NCBI GenBank assembly: GCA_002163025.1
Contig: MABF01000273.1
Coordinates: 4,456-68,455 of the forward strand
Length of the DNA stretch: 64,000 bases
Direction: 5' to 3'
From: 'Osedax' symbiont bacterium Rs2_46_30_T18
Lineage (GTDB): Bacteria; Pseudomonadota; Gammaproteobacteria; Pseudomonadales; Balneatricaceae
In this document: in pieces, positions 10,018 to 20,767 of the stretch
Layout: the number at the start of each line of letters is the position of its first letter
Numbering within the stretch: position 1 is the first letter of the stretch
Program-made: the position numbers and the translations under genes
The notes under the pieces: model-generated
Told to the model about the DNA's origin: nothing
Databases searched by the model: none
What the model saw: the letters and a program-made list of their open reading frames with translations, nothing else

Positions 10018-11739
10018 TTATAGCCCCTTACGCCGACGAAAACACCATTGTGGAATAGCGGTAGCCGTGACAAAAACTAACAGCGGCAACCAGAATTGCC
10101 AGAGAGCAAAACTGGCGCTGATTCTATCATCCGCGCCAGTGGCTAGGGCCACTGTTTCTGTGGTAATAGTATTAAACCGCCCTCCCGCCACATACAAAGT
10201 AGGCAAATATTGGGATACGCTGACCGCAAAGCTTATCGCAAAGCTGAAAGCAATAGGCTTAAACAACATAGGCATCTTAATCATCCAAAAACTTTTCCAT
10301 CTGGATTGACTGAGTATCATCGCCTGCTGAAAAAAACGGTTATCGAATTGTAAAAACACTTTTGCCAAGGTTAAATAACAGTAGGGCAGAACAAAAATCA
10401 AATGAGCCCAGACTAAACTCGCCAATTTCCCGTCCAACCCCAGTCCGACTAACAGTACTTGTATACCAAATAAAAACGACACTTGTGGCACCAACATAGG
10501 CAGGTAAATCAACCATAGCAACAGCTGCGAACTGTTTGAGCTCTGCTGGTTTACAGAGCGAGCGCTCTGACTCTGCCAGTGCAATATTGCAATCACCAAG
10601 GATATGGCAATCGTGGCACTACAGAAACCAACCAGTGCAGTATTGAATAGCGGCTCTGGGAGTTGCTGCCAGCTTAGCTGCCAATACTTTAGCGACCATT
10701 TACTCGGTAGCGCCAAGGGGAAACGCCACTGCTGAGCAACTGACCAGAGCAACAGCACAGCTAACGTCAGCAAGGTACTCGCCCATAAGCCAATGACAGT
10801 ATATTTTGCAATTTTTCGGTAGCCCCAAGCGAAATAACCCACGCCATAGCGTACAGGTCCGGCTAACAGCCAACCTTGTGCTATTTTAGAGCAGAGTTTC
10901 TCCAGCGCAAATATTAAGCCTAACAGCACAGTGACCAATATCAGCAACAAACTGGCCCCCGCGGCTCCCAACAACCTAAAGTCAGTATCGGCATCACCGT
11001 ACCACTGGTTGATTAGCACCGCAAAAGTTGGCGGCGACGTAGGCCCCAGAATTATGCTTAAATCAACCACTGACAGCGAATACGAAAGTACCGCGTACAA
11101 TGGTAGGCGCAACTGAGGATACATCTGCACAAAAACTAATTTTAACCAGGCCTCGCCCCTGGAGTAACCGAGAGATGCCGCCACTTGTAAAGTTTTAGCG
11201 ACATCGAAGCTGCCCATGGCCGCCAATGACATTAATAAAAAAAACGGAATTTCCTTTAATACCAATACTAAGGTCAAGCTCAGTGCGTAGCTGTCATTGA
11301 TGATTAGCCAATCCGGCGGTACATTGAAACCGCTAATACCCGGAGAAAGCAGACGCATGATCCAGCCACTCGGGGAGATCAGGAAGGCAAAACCTATACC
11401 GAAGGCGAGATGCGGAACCGCCAGCAACAGCCCAATTGAACGCTTTATCCACGACCAACTATTACTGTTGTAAAGCTGCATACACAGCCACTGGCTAATG
11501 ACAAATGCTGCACCAGTGGCCAGCAGCGCCGAACTCAATGTTGCCTGAATACTGCTATAGCTGCTGGGATGAGCAAACACAGCCAATATTGGTTCAACAG
11601 ATATTTGACTGGCACCGATACTCGGCAGATAGCCTAGTGCGGGCAGCCAAGTGCCCAGTAAACCAGCCATCACCGGCAAGATAAATAAAGCACCGGCACA
11701 GAGCGATACTAAGATTAGCTTATAGTTAGTCGCTCTCAT
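10018..11739 (-). CDS. ynjC: ABC transporter permease with fused double permease domains, YnjC-like
   Basis: 573 aa and about 12 hydrophobic segments, i.e. two tandem binding-protein-dependent permease modules, as in the ThiP/YnjC class. Confidence 0.8.
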   Translation of the reverse strand: MRATNYKLILVSLCAGALFILPVMAGLLGTWLPALGYLPSIGASQISVEPILAVFAHPSSYSSIQATLSSALLATGAAFVISQWLCMQLYNSNSWSWIKRSIGLLLAVPHLAFGIGFAFLISPSGWIMRLLSPGISGFNVPPDWLIINDSYALSLTLVLVLKEIPFFLLMSLAAMGSFDVAKTLQVAASLGYSRGEAWLKLVFVQMYPQLRLPLYAVLSYSLSVVDLSIILGPTSPPTFAVLINQWYGDADTDFRLLGAAGASLLLILVTVLLGLIFALEKLCSKIAQGWLLAGPVRYGVGYFAWGYRKIAKYTVIGLWASTLLTLAVLLLWSVAQQWRFPLALPSKWSLKYWQLSWQQLPEPLFNTALVGFCSATIAISLVIAILHWQSQSARSVNQQSSNSSQLLLWLIYLPMLVPQVSFLFGIQVLLVGLGLDGKLASLVWAHLIFVLPYCYLTLAKVFLQFDNRFFQQAMILSQSRWKSFWMIKMPMLFKPIAFSFAISFAVSVSQYLPTLYVAGGRFNTITTETVALATGADDRISASFALWQFWLPLLVFVTATAIPQWCFRRRKGL

Positions 11740-11804
11740 GGACGCACTGTTGAGATGGGTAAATCCAGCACTGCAACAGCTGTAATAACAACAAAGTAGT
11801 TCAA

Positions 11805-13073
11805 CTACTTAGCGTAACGAGACAGCCACTCTTGCTCCAGGGCGGCAACCCAGGAAGCATGCGGCTCCAATAACACAGTACCCAGTTGCTCAGTGCTCAG
11901 TGTTGCCTGCCCCAAGGGCAAATCAGAAAAGCTCTGACGTTGCGCCTCACTCAACTTTTGCATAGCCAGTACCGTCGGGTCGCCCCAAATCTGGGGAGAT
12001 GCTTTTCGTGCCTGTGCTGCAGGTGACATCAGGAAGTTAGCGAAAACTTTGGCTCCCTCCTTTGCCTTAGCATTAAAAGGGATAGCGACAAAGTGTGTAT
12101 TACCTAATGTACCTTTGGCGTGTACATAAGTTTTAATACTTTCAGGCAACTCATCGTTGGCAATCGCATTACTGGCATCATTGGGGTTAAATGACAGAGA
12201 GATAAAAATTTCACTGTTATTGAGTAATTTTTTCATTTGCCCGGCACTGCTTGGAAAACTTCTTCCCGAGCGCCACATCAGAGGGTGTAGCTTATCCAGA
12301 TAAGCCCAAAGCGGTGCCGTAACTTTGGAGAAGTCCTCTTTTACTACGGCTTTACTCAGTAGACGCTTATCTGCGATCAGTTCGATCAGAGCCTGTTTAA
12401 TAAAACTGGTACCGTGAAAATTTGGCGGAGCCGGGTAGCTAAACCTACCTTTATTGTCCTGCACTGTGCTCAGCAGAGTGTGCATATCTTGCGGATGACT
12501 ATCTAAATGCGCCGTATCGTACATAAAGACCATTTGAGCCATTCCCCAGGGAGCTTCTAAATTATCCACAGCGGTAGTGAAGTCATATAAAGTACTAGGT
12601 TTGTTCTCGGTATCTACCAGTAAATAATTTGGCAGCTGCTGAGTATAGGCCTTGGCCAACAATCCATTATCTTTCATCGATTTAAAATTTTCGCCGTTAA
12701 TCCAGACCAAGTCGACACTACCAGACGACGTGCGTCCTGCGCTTTTTTCAGCCAACAACCTGCTCACTACATTACCAGTATCAGTGATTTTTACTTGCTT
12801 GACCGTCACTTGGTATTGGTCCTCTACTTGCTCAGCTGCCCAGCGAATGTATGCATTGATAGTTTCGGACCCGCCCCAGGCATTAAAATATACTGTCTGA
12901 CCTTTCGCGCTAGCCAGGGTCTTCTGCCAGGCAGGACTATCATTTAATGCCGTTGCAGTCTGATCCGCCGCCCAAAGGGTAAAGCTGGCTGTGCATAAAC
13001 CTAAACTGATTAAAAGCGCCCTTGCGCTGTAAAACCCAGCAGAGAGGGTAGATTTTTTTTTCAATATTGACAT
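11805..13073 (-). CDS. ynjB: ABC transporter periplasmic substrate-binding protein, YnjB-like
   Basis: It has a signal peptide. AWQKTLASAKGQTVYFNAWGGSE...SGSVDLVWINGENF...EPHASWVAALEQEWLSRY matches my recollection of E. coli YnjB. Confidence 0.75.
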   Translation of the reverse strand: MSILKKKSTLSAGFYSARALLISLGLCTASFTLWAADQTATALNDSPAWQKTLASAKGQTVYFNAWGGSETINAYIRWAAEQVEDQYQVTVKQVKITDTGNVVSRLLAEKSAGRTSSGSVDLVWINGENFKSMKDNGLLAKAYTQQLPNYLLVDTENKPSTLYDFTTAVDNLEAPWGMAQMVFMYDTAHLDSHPQDMHTLLSTVQDNKGRFSYPAPPNFHGTSFIKQALIELIADKRLLSKAVVKEDFSKVTAPLWAYLDKLHPLMWRSGRSFPSSAGQMKKLLNNSEIFISLSFNPNDASNAIANDELPESIKTYVHAKGTLGNTHFVAIPFNAKAKEGAKVFANFLMSPAAQARKASPQIWGDPTVLAMQKLSEAQRQSFSDLPLGQATLSTEQLGTVLLEPHASWVAALEQEWLSRYAK

Positions 13074-13262
13074 TTTTCAGCACACCTTAGTGGTCAGTTT
13101 AAGAATTGACAGTTGTGACCGCAAAAGCCGCTATTAGTTACAAAAACATATAGTGTTTCATGTTGTTATATCGCAGCCTAGCAGTTGCAGTGGGTATTTT
13201 GTGCGAGTGAGTGCTCGTTCAGTGCAGAGCAGAGCAGGATAATTACCTGAGAAGATCAAATT

Positions 13263-13847
13263 TTAGGCCAAATCTTGTAATTCAACAGTAACCAGCGGTG
13301 TGTAAACAGAGCCTCTCGCGCCTAATTTACTTTGAAATAATACAACAGCATCAGCCAAACTGTACAAATCAAGTTTCGGCCACTGTTCAGGAGTGATGAA
13401 GCTATGTCCAAGGGCTAACCTGCCAAGGGTAATATGCGGTTTAAAGCCGTACTGGCCGATATCAATGCCTGCATTTTTTGCGATAGTCATCACCAGTGAA
13501 TGCAGGTCAGATAGTTCGTCGCTAGTGGTTGTTTTCGCCACCAGCAAGGTCCAGTCAGAGGCCGAGCGATAAGACTCTATCTCCTCAAGGTGAATGTTCA
13601 AAGATACTTTTGAAGACAGCAGAGACTTTGACGCAGAGGCTATCTCATCGACTTTTTCTATCGCTATATCCCCCAGAAAACATAAGGTTAAATGATAGTT
13701 ATCGGAATCCACCCACTGCACTTCCACTTTTTTGTCGTAGAGCGCCAAACTATCGGCGTAGCTGGCCAACTGCCGGGCAATAGGGTCGCGCAGACGCAGC
13801 GCAAAAAAAGTCCTGATACATTCACTATCCACTAAACTATCGTTCAA
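13263..13847 (-). CDS. thpR: RNA 2',3'-cyclic phosphodiesterase (2H phosphoesterase, ThpR/LigT)
   Basis: The two H-x-T-x motifs are present at the expected spacing: YHLTLCFLG and PHITLGRL. Confidence 0.8.
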   Translation of the reverse strand: MNDSLVDSECIRTFFALRLRDPIARQLASYADSLALYDKKVEVQWVDSDNYHLTLCFLGDIAIEKVDEIASASKSLLSSKVSLNIHLEEIESYRSASDWTLLVAKTTTSDELSDLHSLVMTIAKNAGIDIGQYGFKPHITLGRLALGHSFITPEQWPKLDLYSLADAVVLFQSKLGARGSVYTPLVTVELQDLA

Positions 13848-13961
13848 ACTTTACTCCCTGTATCCGCCAACCCGGCCTCCAATAGTCTCGTATAAAGAGG
13901 TTATTTAGCTAGCTATTAGTCACTGCCAAAAATTTCGTTCTCTGTAATTGAGCTGTACCCT

Positions 13962-14957
13962 TTACTGCAATTGCAGTTGAATTTTGTTAACTCTACTTTT
14001 AAGCCGCTGAATCTCTTTATTCACTTGTGCCCTGCTACCATCGATGGCTCTTATCGCCTGCTCAGTTTTGGCTAATCTTGATGTAAGCGCAGCATCCGGC
14101 TTAGGTGCGGCTTTTTTGGCCAACACCGCCACTTTATTTGCCAGCGATTTTACAGATTTATTCACATTACTGCGGTATTGCTCAAGGGAGCTATCCACCG
14201 CGGCAGTGTCTTTTTTAACTTCTACTACATCCGCTGCAAGTTTTTTACTGCTGTTGGTAATCTCAGTGGCTAAACCTTGTAAATCTGCTGCCAGCTCTTG
14301 TCGCACTCCATCTGCTTTACTTTGATTTATTTCCAAATTTGTTAAGCTAGTACGTAAATCAGCAATTTCTGTCAGTCGCTCCTCGAGCCCTGACAATGCC
14401 GTTTTTTGCTGACTGGTCATAAAGCCCATCTCTTCCTGAGCATCTTCCTGGGCCTGTTTTATTTTTAATTCTACCTTGCCGATTTCGCTATTAAAGGCGA
14501 CTAACTGCTGTTGCTGCTGCTCGTTGGCACCTTCTATTAACTGGGCAAATTTCTTCTGGTATTCGTTGTACTGTGTATCCATCAACTGCTTTTGTTGACT
14601 GACTAACTGCTTCTGCTCATTCAGGCGCTGCTGTAACGTTTGCCCTGACTTCTTTGCTTGCGCCTGAGAGTCAGCCAACAGCTGTTCTAAATCAGCAATG
14701 CGCGACTCAGTGGCCGCCGCCATTAACTGACGCTGCTCCTGATCTTGCTGGAAGTCGTAACCTATGTAACCCATGCTTCCCACAGCCACTAATAACGCTA
14801 GCGTGACAATACTGTGTAACCAACCACTATTGCCGCGCTCAGCAAATTGCTTACGGGCAAGTTCCTGTTGTTTCTCTACTATATTATTTTCTGTATCATC
14901 TTGATTGGCAGAACCAAAGTACGGCACATCAACTTTTAACTCATCTCGTTCTGGCAT
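13962..14957 (-). CDS. Membrane-anchored coiled-coil protein, Gln/Lys/Glu-rich, function unknown
   Basis: There is a single TM segment (WLHSIVTLALLVAVGSMGYIGY). About 260 aa of heptad-like, Q-rich sequence follows. I recognise no catalytic motif. Confidence 0.55.
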   Translation of the reverse strand: MPERDELKVDVPYFGSANQDDTENNIVEKQQELARKQFAERGNSGWLHSIVTLALLVAVGSMGYIGYDFQQDQEQRQLMAAATESRIADLEQLLADSQAQAKKSGQTLQQRLNEQKQLVSQQKQLMDTQYNEYQKKFAQLIEGANEQQQQQLVAFNSEIGKVELKIKQAQEDAQEEMGFMTSQQKTALSGLEERLTEIADLRTSLTNLEINQSKADGVRQELAADLQGLATEITNSSKKLAADVVEVKKDTAAVDSSLEQYRSNVNKSVKSLANKVAVLAKKAAPKPDAALTSRLAKTEQAIRAIDGSRAQVNKEIQRLKSRVNKIQLQLQ

Positions 14958-15112
14958 ATCCCGCCCTTCAATGTAAAAACAGCAACCCTAACAGCTTTAT
15001 TTGACTAAAAAAAGCCCTGAGCCACCCTAATAAAATCTATTTAAGCTCTGCTAAGATCTATCTAGTGTTATGCTGGGAAAAGCTTTTTTTGCTAACCCAA
15101 TACAAATGGCAC

Positions 15113-16102
15113 CTATAGTTGAGCAATGATTATCGCCCTCTTGGGTGCTGGGTGCCCCTCTAGGGTTTTAGACTTATCCTGCGGATCTAAAAAATCAGTC
15201 AGTGAGTGAAAGTCCATCCAGGGGGTAGCGCGCTGCTCATCCAATGAAGTCTCTGCTATGTCAACTATACGCACGTCTTTAAAGCCGCACTTTCGCAGCC
15301 ATAATGCCAGAGCAGCTGCGGAAGGCAAAAACCAGATATTACGCATTTGCGCGTAGCGACCTTGGGGGACTAACACGCATTGCTCATCACCATCGATGAC
15401 GATGGTTTCCAAAACCAATTCACCGCCAGGCTTTAACAACGCTTTCAATTCCAACAGATGATCGATCGGTGATTTTCGGTGATAAAGTACGCCCATCGAG
15501 AATACAGTATCTACCCCTTCCGATTCCGCTAGCTTGGGCATATCCTCAATGCCTAAAGGCAGCAAGTGTACCGGCAGCTGTTCACCCAAATATCTTTTCA
15601 GCACGCCAAACTGGGCCAGAAACTTTTGCGTCGGATCGATGCCCAATACCGCTTTAGCGCCTTCCCCCAGCATACGCCAACAGTGGTAGCCATTGCCACA
15701 ACCAACATCAATGACAGTGCGCCCCTGTAGCGCACTGATATGTTCCAGCAACCTATCCCACTTCCAATCTGAACGCCACTCGGTATCGATCTCAATGCCA
15801 TACAGAGAAAATGGTCCTTTGCGCCAGGGCGCTAAGGTTTTCAGCTGGCTTATAAACTCGGCTACCTGCTCTGGGTTAAGTTGTTGCTCTAACTCAAGGT
15901 CTGTACCTATCCTGACCTCAGCCTTTAACTCCAGTTGGGCGCTTTGTAACTGTGGTAGCTCTGCCATTAACTGCTGCCATTGCGCCAGATAGCCGTGGGT
16001 AAAACCGAGCATTTTTTGCTCTACAGCTCGCGGCCAGAAATCGGCGCAAGCGGCGAGGTCGGTGTCACTAAAATCTTCTACTAGTTTTTGATAATTAATC
16101 AT
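15113..16102 (-). CDS. cmoB: tRNA U34 carboxymethyltransferase CmoB
   Basis: [25 protein letters not shown] and the SAM motif [11 protein letters not shown] are present. It lies directly downstream of cmoA. Confidence 0.9.
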   Translation of the reverse strand: MINYQKLVEDFSDTDLAACADFWPRAVEQKMLGFTHGYLAQWQQLMAELPQLQSAQLELKAEVRIGTDLELEQQLNPEQVAEFISQLKTLAPWRKGPFSLYGIEIDTEWRSDWKWDRLLEHISALQGRTVIDVGCGNGYHCWRMLGEGAKAVLGIDPTQKFLAQFGVLKRYLGEQLPVHLLPLGIEDMPKLAESEGVDTVFSMGVLYHRKSPIDHLLELKALLKPGGELVLETIVIDGDEQCVLVPQGRYAQMRNIWFLPSAAALALWLRKCGFKDVRIVDIAETSLDEQRATPWMDFHSLTDFLDPQDKSKTLEGHPAPKRAIIIAQL

Positions 16103-16107
16103 ATAGG

Positions 16108-16836
16108 CTATTTAACGGCAAAAATTGAAACGAAGTTGTACTGCTGAAACCAGCAGCTACTGCGGCTAAAGCCCAATTCTGTGAGACGATTAAGGTGTTG
16201 CTGCAAAGTATCGGGCACAAGTACATTCTCAAGCAGGCTACGTTTTTGGCTTATTTCCAAATCACTATAACCATTTTCTCTTTTGTATTGATGATGCAAA
16301 TCAGACATCAAACTATTATCGCGCTCATCACCAAAGCAAACTTTCTCCGAGAGTAGCAATAACCCACCCGGCTGCATGCCCTGATAAATTTTTTGCAGCA
16401 GTGCCTGGCGCTCCTGCGGCGCTATAAACTGCAGGGTAAAATTCAACACAACCATAGAGGCATTTTCAATCGGGAACCTTAGAATGTCTCCGATGTGTAG
16501 CTCTATCGGGGTACTGTGTTTAAAGTTTTCGATATGATGGCGGCAGCGATCCAGCATCGCCTGAGAGTTATCAATACCTATAATTTTCACATTTTCTGCG
16601 CTGATACCAGAACTCATTGCTAAGCTAGAGGCACCTAATGAACAGCCTAAATCGTAACAATAGCTGTTGGCAGTGACGAATTTCTCGGCAAATTTCGCAG
16701 TGTTTTTTAATATTTCAGCATAGCCTGGTACCGATCGCTGAATCATGTCGGGAAAGACTTCCGCGACTTGGTCATCAAAACTAAAAACTTGCTTGCTGGT
16801 TTGAGTGGCGTATATATTATCTGTCTTATTAGTCAT
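16108..16836 (-). CDS. cmoA: Carboxy-S-adenosyl-L-methionine synthase CmoA
   Basis: [22 protein letters not shown]...YDLGCSLGA...LNFTLQF are typical of CmoA. Confidence 0.9.
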   Translation of the reverse strand: MTNKTDNIYATQTSKQVFSFDDQVAEVFPDMIQRSVPGYAEILKNTAKFAEKFVTANSYCYDLGCSLGASSLAMSSGISAENVKIIGIDNSQAMLDRCRHHIENFKHSTPIELHIGDILRFPIENASMVVLNFTLQFIAPQERQALLQKIYQGMQPGGLLLLSEKVCFGDERDNSLMSDLHHQYKRENGYSDLEISQKRSLLENVLVPDTLQQHLNRLTELGFSRSSCWFQQYNFVSIFAVK

Positions 16837-17248
16837 TTATTTACTGTGTTTCTATATCTGATCGAATTACAGCTGATTTTACTGGGAAACCAGTCTTTGA
16901 ACAAGGGCCGCAAAACAGTCACTCAATTCCACAAGCCGATATCGGTACCACAATTTCTGCCAACACCGTTCCAGCGCTATACAACTTTTATATTTATGGC
17001 TCTGCAAAGGCTAATATATGTTCGGGAACTGCTTTAACCGGCAAACAACATAAGCTTAAAATTAGTTATTGAGATATAATTTAGCGCGCAATTTTTACCC
17101 GAGTTAGCTTTACATACAGGCTACTGTTTCGATTTGTTGCAGTTTTATAGCAACTCGCACAGCGACAGCGCCGCAAAAAACAAAGGGTATCTTTAACAAT
17201 TACGGCGCCATCCATCATTTAGCTAAGCAGCAGTAGCGGGACAACATT

Positions 17249-19270
17249 ATGAAGCAGCCTTTTCGTATTCAAAGTAAATTCGAGCCAGCCGGAGATCAAC
17301 CCGCTGCGATTGAGTCTTTAGTTAAAGGTATCAACTCTGGATTACTTTCTCAGACACTACTGGGAGTAACCGGCTCCGGTAAGACATTTACCGTCGCCAA
17401 AGTTATAGCAGACATTCAACGCCCTACCATAGTCATGGCCCATAATAAAACCTTGGCAGCACAACTGTATGGAGAATTCAAAGAGTTCTTTCCCGATAAT
17501 GCGGTTGAATATTTTGTCTCTTACTATGACTACTACCAGCCTGAAGCTTATGTAGCCGCCTCGGATACTTTTATAGAAAAAGATGCCTCGGTAAACGAGC
17601 ACATTGAACAAATGCGCCTGTCTGCGACCAAAGCACTGTTAGAGCGCAAAGATTGTATTATTGTGGCAACCGTGTCGGCCATCTACGGACTCGGCGACCC
17701 CGAGTCATATCTATCGATGATGTTACACGTGTCTCGCGGTGACGTTCTCGATCAGCGGGCTATTATCAGACGCCTGGCCGAACTGCAATATACCCGCAAC
17801 GATGTAGAGTTACACCGTGCCAACTATAGAGTACGCGGCGACGTTATCGACATCTATCCGGCCGAATCGGAAAAAGAAGCGGTGCGTATCGAACTTTTTG
17901 ATGATGTAGTGGAAAACTTGTGTTGGTTTGATCCACTCACCGGGGAAGTCTTGCGTAAAGTCCCACGCATTACTGTCTACCCGAAATCCCACTACGTTAC
18001 TCCCAAAGAGAAATTGATGGAGGCGGTAGAAAAAATCAAAGTGGAATTAGACCAGCGCCTGGAGTTTTTAAAATCCGAGAACAGATTGGTCGAGTTGCAG
18101 CGCTTAGAGCAGAGGACTAATTACGATTTAGAGATGATTCGTGAACTGGGCTACTGCTCCGGTATCGAGAACTACTCTCGATATTTATCTAATAGACAAC
18201 CGGGGGAAGCGCCGCCGACTTTATTTGATTATCTACCTAATGATGCCTTAGTTATAATTGATGAGTCCCATGTCACTATTCCGCAAATCGGCGCCATGTA
18301 CAAGGGAGACAGATCACGCAAAGAGAACTTAGTTAACTTTGGTTTCCGGCTCCCCTCAGCATTGGATAACCGCCCTATGCGCTTTGATGAGTGGGAAAAA
18401 ATTGTCCCACAGATGATCTTTGTATCAGCCACTCCGAGTAAGTATGAAGCGGCGAACGCCGGGCAAATAGTCGAGCAAGTGGTTAGACCTACAGGCTTGC
18501 TAGACCCTATTATAGAAATACGTCCCGCAACATCTCAGGTTGATGACCTTCTCGGCGAGATCAATAAAATGGCCGCTCAAGAGCTGCGGACCGTAGTGAC
18601 AGTATTAACTAAACGTATGGCGGAAGACTTAACGGAGTACCTGGCGGATCACGGCGTAAGAGTTCGCTACTTGCACTCAGACATAGATACCGTTGAGCGC
18701 GTGGAAATCATTCGCGATTTACGTTTAGGGGAATTTGATGCCCTGGTCGGCATCAACTTACTGCGCGAAGGTATAGATATGCCGGAGGTGGGTTTGGTGA
18801 CTATATTAGACGCCGATAAAGAAGGCTTTCTGCGCTCGGAAACTTCAATGATCCAAACCATTGGTCGCGCAGCACGAAATATTAACGGCCGAGCTATTCT
18901 GTATGCCGATAAAATAACAGGCTCCATGCAGCGTGCTATCGATGAAACAAGCAGGCGCCGAGAGAAGCAGCTTGCCCACAACCTAGAAAACGGTATCGTC
19001 CCAGTGGGCATCATAAAATCGGTGGCTGATATTATGGAAGGTGCTGCCACCATTCCTGGTCGCAAAGCGGCCAAACATGTTAAACGCGTCCTGGATCAAG
19101 CCAGTGACCAACCAGCGGATGCCAGTTTGTTATCATCTAAAGAGTTATCCAAGGCCCTTTCTAAACTGGAGAACAGTATGTATAAAGCGGCTAAAGATCT
19201 GGAGTTTGAATTGGCTGCCCACTACCGGGATCAACTGGAAACGCTAAAACACTCTGCGCTACAGTCATAA
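17249..19270 (+). CDS. uvrB: Excinuclease ABC subunit B
   Basis: [10 protein letters not shown], the beta-hairpin region [13 protein letters not shown], helicase motifs and the C-terminal UVR domain ([10 protein letters not shown]) are present. Confidence 0.97.
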   Translation: MKQPFRIQSKFEPAGDQPAAIESLVKGINSGLLSQTLLGVTGSGKTFTVAKVIADIQRPTIVMAHNKTLAAQLYGEFKEFFPDNAVEYFVSYYDYYQPEAYVAASDTFIEKDASVNEHIEQMRLSATKALLERKDCIIVATVSAIYGLGDPESYLSMMLHVSRGDVLDQRAIIRRLAELQYTRNDVELHRANYRVRGDVIDIYPAESEKEAVRIELFDDVVENLCWFDPLTGEVLRKVPRITVYPKSHYVTPKEKLMEAVEKIKVELDQRLEFLKSENRLVELQRLEQRTNYDLEMIRELGYCSGIENYSRYLSNRQPGEAPPTLFDYLPNDALVIIDESHVTIPQIGAMYKGDRSRKENLVNFGFRLPSALDNRPMRFDEWEKIVPQMIFVSATPSKYEAANAGQIVEQVVRPTGLLDPIIEIRPATSQVDDLLGEINKMAAQELRTVVTVLTKRMAEDLTEYLADHGVRVRYLHSDIDTVERVEIIRDLRLGEFDALVGINLLREGIDMPEVGLVTILDADKEGFLRSETSMIQTIGRAARNINGRAILYADKITGSMQRAIDETSRRREKQLAHNLENGIVPVGIIKSVADIMEGAATIPGRKAAKHVKRVLDQASDQPADASLLSSKELSKALSKLENSMYKAAKDLEFELAAHYRDQLETLKHSALQS

Positions 19271-19294
19271 AATGGTGCTATTGATTAAGACTAA

Positions 19295-19321
19295 AGTTGC
19301 AATAAAGTATTGCAGCTTTTT
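19295..19321 (+). terminator. Rho-independent terminator after uvrB
   Basis: A 10-bp stem AGTTGCAATA/TATTGCAGCT (one G-U pair) with a 3-nt loop, followed by TTTT. Confidence 0.55.
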
Positions 19322-19428
19322 AAAGAGGTGTGGGAATATTCTGTAACTTAGGATAGATGAAGCGAGTGGGAGTCAATCTCACTGATTGCACAAAAGCACT
19401 TCAAGCAGACAACTGCTGAAACTGATAA

Positions 19429-19881
19429 TTAGATAGTGTGTAACTCGGGAAAGCTCGCTGCATGGTGAGTAATCCATTCAGCTGCGGCGCAGTCTATAGT
19501 CATTTCTCTGCCTTCTGTATTACTTACTTGCTGGCGGTACTGCTCAATGTGGCACACTTGCTCGATCATTCTGACTGCAAAAGCTGTTTCAGGACAGTCG
19601 AACACTACACCTGTTTGAAAACCAATCCCATCGCTGACCGACTCGCAGCTACAGATATATCCTTTGGCAAAAAATGCGGGGGTCTGTACGTTTATTTCAA
19701 CTTCGACACAACTGTTAAGGGGATAGCTGGTTGCTGTGTGTATATAGACACCAGTGCTGGCAGCTACCTGAATAGTCGGTAATGGGAACTGACTATCACT
19801 GACTACCATTTTCACTGGCACTGCACTTGGATGATGAATAAAGCTTTGTACTTGCATCTTACTTTTACCTAGATTTTTCAA
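19429..19881 (-). CDS. Small PilZ-like domain protein (degenerate), function unknown
   Basis: Its size and beta-rich pattern resemble proteins usually annotated as PilZ-domain proteins, including the C-terminal helix MIEQVCHIEQYRQ...AAEWI. I cannot find a canonical RxxxR / D-x-S-x-x-G pair. An alternative start, MQVQSF, is at 19857. Confidence 0.45.
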   Translation of the reverse strand: MKNLGKSKMQVQSFIHHPSAVPVKMVVSDSQFPLPTIQVAASTGVYIHTATSYPLNSCVEVEINVQTPAFFAKGYICSCESVSDGIGFQTGVVFDCPETAFAVRMIEQVCHIEQYRQQVSNTEGREMTIDCAAAEWITHHAASFPELHTI

Positions 19882-20739
19882 ATAAGGCTTATAAATAGTT
19901 TAGCGACTAAATTAAAAATAAATTGAGCATTATTAAATATTATTCAGCAATGAAAAAGTCTTAAGCTGATCAATATAAGTTGCACAAAAATGAACCAGAC
20001 TTATATTAATTTAAGATAAACAAATAACTTTATCATCGACCCCATTATCATCATAAACACGGGTTGCGTCTAGTCATAATCACTATATTTTAGCGACTAG
20101 TTTTTAATGCGATAACACAGCTACTTAGAGCCTTTAGCTGCTAACAGACAGCAAGACAGAGTCAAATTTTGCCCCCTACCATATATACCCTCACATTTAC
20201 TATTTAACACTAAATGTGCTTTGTTGCTGTTTATTAATTGTAGTCTATGCCGCTTTTAATTATTTTTCCTCCCTTTTAATTAAACGATCGTTTGCATTAT
20301 CAACGACTGCTGCAAAACTTTTAGCTGTTATGTAAGTTGATATTGCACCTAAAAGAAGCCATTTGTATTTTTATTGCTTAAGCTATCTGTCAAAATTATT
20401 CATGGATGACTGTTAACAATGAGGTCTGTCTGACTATCTTTAAATGGTTTTATTGCCACAAGGGTTTTGGACACAAATAAAGGCTCAAATCTAAACGGGC
20501 ATCAGTTACTGTTAATTAACCAGCACTGGTAACAACCTACAGCAAGCTGGGCAAAACTGTGACTTACAATTTATGTCGATAACGGGGAGAGATGAAAGGC
20601 TGGCTGACTTCAGAATTGATAACAACGAGATTGGACAACTTAGATCGTCCAGGACAGACAGTTGAGCTGTAACTTGTCTGTTTGGAGCATTGCAAGGAGC
20701 GGTCACACTGTCTACTTCAAGCCACGGAGGCACTTTTTT

Positions 20740-20767
20740 GCAGCCCGGTAAGAAACTACCGGCCTGC
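20740..20767. other. 11-bp stem-loop just downstream of the anti-sigma gene
   Basis: GCAGCCCGGTA-agaaac-TACCGGCCTGC with one mismatch. The T-run is on the 5' side on the plus strand, which is an A-run on the 3' side on the minus strand. It is therefore not a canonical intrinsic terminator in either direction. Confidence 0.4.

Noticed and set aside
13074-13262. Possible TPP riboswitch upstream of the YnjB-like gene, since the thiamine ABC system is a relative
   Set aside because: Reading the minus-strand leader, I found no CUGAGA / ACCUGAUCUGGAUAAUGCCAGCG-type conserved elements. The only CTGAGA is on the wrong strand.
16837-17248. Expected LexA box upstream of uvrB
   Set aside because: There is no CTG-N10-CAG match. 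The closest, CTGTTTCGATTTGTTGCAG, has 13-nt spacing.
20512-20733. 73-aa minus-strand ORF downstream of the anti-sigma gene
   Set aside because: It has no Shine-Dalgarno sequence and a non-ATG start context. It is Cys/Ser/Leu/Pro-rich with no motif. I kept the region only as an unexplained stretch with no convincing gene.
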